DNA of 37,651 bases from a virus (taxonomy: Duplodnaviria; Caudoviricetes). The stretch's first letter is position 1. Every line of letters starts with the position of its first letter. Shown here piece by piece: positions 35,352 to 37,651 of this stretch. The translations under genes were made by a program, and so were the position numbers. The stretch spans positions 1 through 37,651 of the IMG/VR virus record IMGVR_UViG_3300027672_001056; one strand, given 5' to 3'. The notes beneath the pieces are model-generated. The model saw only the letters and a list, made by a program, of their open reading frames with translations. It ran no database searches and was not told where the DNA came from.

Positions 35352-37649
35352 TTAGTTACTACTGTCTACTATTGATGTATTTGCAAATGGATTTTCATTT
35401 GTTGTCACAAGATAGTTTGTCTTTGCATGTAGTCTTAAGCCGGAACCGGCTAAATCCTTGACGTCTTGTATAAAGGTAAACGTCTGCTTTTTAAGATCTA
35501 AGAAAAGTATTCCTTTAAGATTGCCTCCGCCTCTTTTTGCGGCAAGGTAGTTATTAACATTAGATTGGGCTATGGTCTGCATTGCTCCGTTAATGTTATT
35601 TTGTGCTAAGTATTGTGCTATCTCAGTACCTGCGTTAGGTAGTTCTGTAAAGATATTTGAAATAATATCTGCTACTTCTTTTTCTGCCTCAGGTACTAAC
35701 TTTAAGAAAGCCGCAACATGATTTTGTTGCATACCTGATTTAACTCTTAACACTGCACCCTGTGCTTCTAGTTCTTTGAATTTCTCAGCATACTTTGTAA
35801 AGAATGCTGTTACCATAGTCTTGTATGAATCTGACACAGTAACTTGCCTGTCATTAAATCTAGCAGAATTTTTTCTTGTTGTCTTCAATTCAATTGGTTG
35901 ACCGTCAATCATTAAGTCACCTTTGCCATCGTCAGCACCCGATGATGCTCCCATGCCGCCAATTCTCTGTGACAATACTGACAGTGCAAACTCACCTGGC
36001 CCGATACCGTACTGTACAACTTCATTTAAGTCATTAACTAATTCTGTTATATGTTCGTTTCCTTCCATGCCGTAGCCAACAAATATTTCAGCCATAGTAT
36101 CAGTTGATGTAGACAACAATGTATCAACTCGAATTAATTTATCTTGTTTCCAGTCCATGAAAAGTTTTGCTCTTTCTGCTGGTGTCATTTCTATACTTGC
36201 TACAATCTTTGCAATTTGTTTAATTGCTTTCTTAACATCCTCATCCGGCACTTCGCCTAACATGTTACTTAAACTTTGTATTTTGCCACCAACACCCATA
36301 TCGTTTAACAGTTGTTCAATGTAGTTAATTAATTTATTAGTTTTGTCATCGTCTGGTAGTTCTTCTAATTTTTTAATTAGATCAGATTTACTTTCGGTTA
36401 ATCCTGCTTTCTTTTTAATTTCTGGATGTACTTTATTTTGTACAAAGCCTTTGAATATAGTACGCAAATCTGTGTCTGGTCCGCCACCGCTGGCTGCTTC
36501 TCTGAATGCTCTAATCATGCTTGGATCAGGAACCACAAAGTATGCTTCCATTTGAGATTTTAAATCACTAGCAAGTAAAGGAACATTTAATAACTGACGT
36601 ATTTTCTTTACAGGGGAGTTGTCTGGTACAGCACCTTCTGTATATTTTGCTGCTCTGCCTGAGCCAGACTTGTTAGGATGTTCAAAACCTTTGCCTTTCT
36701 TTTTCTTTTTACTAGGCGTACCGTAAGTAGTTAATAATGCAGTCATATCTTGTTCTGCTTCAATAGTTTCATTTAACTTTTTCTTAGATACTATTAGTGC
36801 TTCGTTTATCTTATTAGCATCAACTTTACTAACTATTTCTAACTGCTTACGCAATGGTAGTTTATTAAAATTCTCAAACATGTTTTTACTCTCTTTTATC
36901 TTACTAAAACTAACGTTATATTTGTTAGCAATGTGACGTTGCATTTCTGTATTTACTCTAGCCATATCGCCCACAGAGTATCCGGTTGATCCATATCTAA
37001 CACTACTAGGAACAAAGCCATACTTCTTTTCAAACGCATCTAATTCTTGTTTCTTTCCATTTAATAACCGCATATTCATGTCTGCACTGCCACGCATTTT
37101 ACTAATGGCTCGCTCTGTATCTTCGACACTATTTTCGTTAGTTCTACTTCCTTGTGCATGTGCAGGGTGATCAGCGTCTATTAAGTCTGTAGTATCAACT
37201 CCGCCTGCTTTGTATGCTTGTACCATTGATGATATTTCATCCCACTGTACAGGATTGCCATTGTTTTCCTTGTTGTATACTAGTGCATTTAGAACATCTT
37301 GTTTTGCATTATTACTTGTTTCTAAGTTGTTAATCCATCTTGCTAGTTTTACAGCATTAATGTTTGGATCAGCCATAAACAAGCCAAATCCACCGTCCCA
37401 CATTTTTTTATAGTTAGGATAATCTTCTTGTGCCATTCGAAGTGCCATTTTATTACTAAGAGTAGATGGATCATTATAACTATCCGAATCCTTTGTATCT
37501 AACTCACGTTGCATGTTGTCTGCCCTTTCTACATCATTTTTGTAATCTATTACGGCTTCGTCGTAATCGTACACAGTTCTTTCTACTGCGGTTAACTCTT
37601 TGTCAGGTACAACTGTAAACATTTCTGGGTTTAGTATATCACCAGGGTC
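35352..37649 (-). CDS. Large modular protein (5'-truncated) with C-terminal PD-(D/E)XK nuclease-like domain
   Basis: Frame is open to the window edge; GPGEFAL...GDLMIDGQPIELKT motif. Confidence 0.65.
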   Translation of the reverse strand, partial: DPGDILNPEMFTVVPDKELTAVERTVYDYDEAVIDYKNDVERADNMQRELDTKDSDSYNDPSTLSNKMALRMAQEDYPNYKKMWDGGFGLFMADPNINAVKLARWINNLETSNNAKQDVLNALVYNKENNGNPVQWDEISSMVQAYKAGGVDTTDLIDADHPAHAQGSRTNENSVEDTERAISKMRGSADMNMRLLNGKKQELDAFEKKYGFVPSSVRYGSTGYSVGDMARVNTEMQRHIANKYNVSFSKIKESKNMFENFNKLPLRKQLEIVSKVDANKINEALIVSKKKLNETIEAEQDMTALLTTYGTPSKKKKKGKGFEHPNKSGSGRAAKYTEGAVPDNSPVKKIRQLLNVPLLASDLKSQMEAYFVVPDPSMIRAFREAASGGGPDTDLRTIFKGFVQNKVHPEIKKKAGLTESKSDLIKKLEELPDDDKTNKLINYIEQLLNDMGVGGKIQSLSNMLGEVPDEDVKKAIKQIAKIVASIEMTPAERAKLFMDWKQDKLIRVDTLLSTSTDTMAEIFVGYGMEGNEHITELVNDLNEVVQYGIGPGEFALSVLSQRIGGMGASSGADDGKGDLMIDGQPIELKTTRKNSARFNDRQVTVSDSYKTMVTAFFTKYAEKFKELEAQGAVLRVKSGMQQNHVAAFLKLVPEAEKEVADIISNIFTELPNAGTEIAQYLAQNNINGAMQTIAQSNVNNYLAAKRGGGNLKGILFLDLKKQTFTFIQDVKDLAGSGLRLHAKTNYLVTTNENPFANTSIVDSSN

Positions 37650-37651
37650 TT

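Overview
AT-rich, densely coding segment of a large (probably jumbo) T4-related myovirus. An aquatic phage of a proteobacterial host is inferred from the E. coli-type class Ia nrdAB and consensus sigma70 promoters. Both end ORFs run off the window. Contents: acidic modular head-type proteins at both ends; an early operon with peptide deformylase and a GH6 cellulase-family enzyme; a translationally coupled sugar-modification cassette (nucleotidyltransferase, cupin, eukaryote-type PMM/HAD, GDPD-like, two SGNH-like, GT-like); four 2OG-Fe(II)/cupin oxygenase-like genes; eight CCA-encoding tRNAs interleaved with two or three structured non-coding spacers (candidate ncRNAs); a DEDDh exonuclease; two glycosyltransferases; a class 3 lipase; a PP-loop ATPase / S8 protease / cysteine-less radical-SAM trio; PAAR; nrdB; nrdA; a tail/baseplate-type protein; a PD-(D/E)XK exonuclease; and a large protein with a C-terminal nuclease-like domain. 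Regulation is unusually legible. There are eight TTGACA/TATAAT-type promoters, four using the upstream gene's TGA stop inside the -35 box. A recurrent TAAATA late-type motif sits exactly 5 nt before ATG in six cases (apparently leaderless), and once overlaps a hairpin that hides a start codon. All functional calls are from motifs read by eye; no searches were run.
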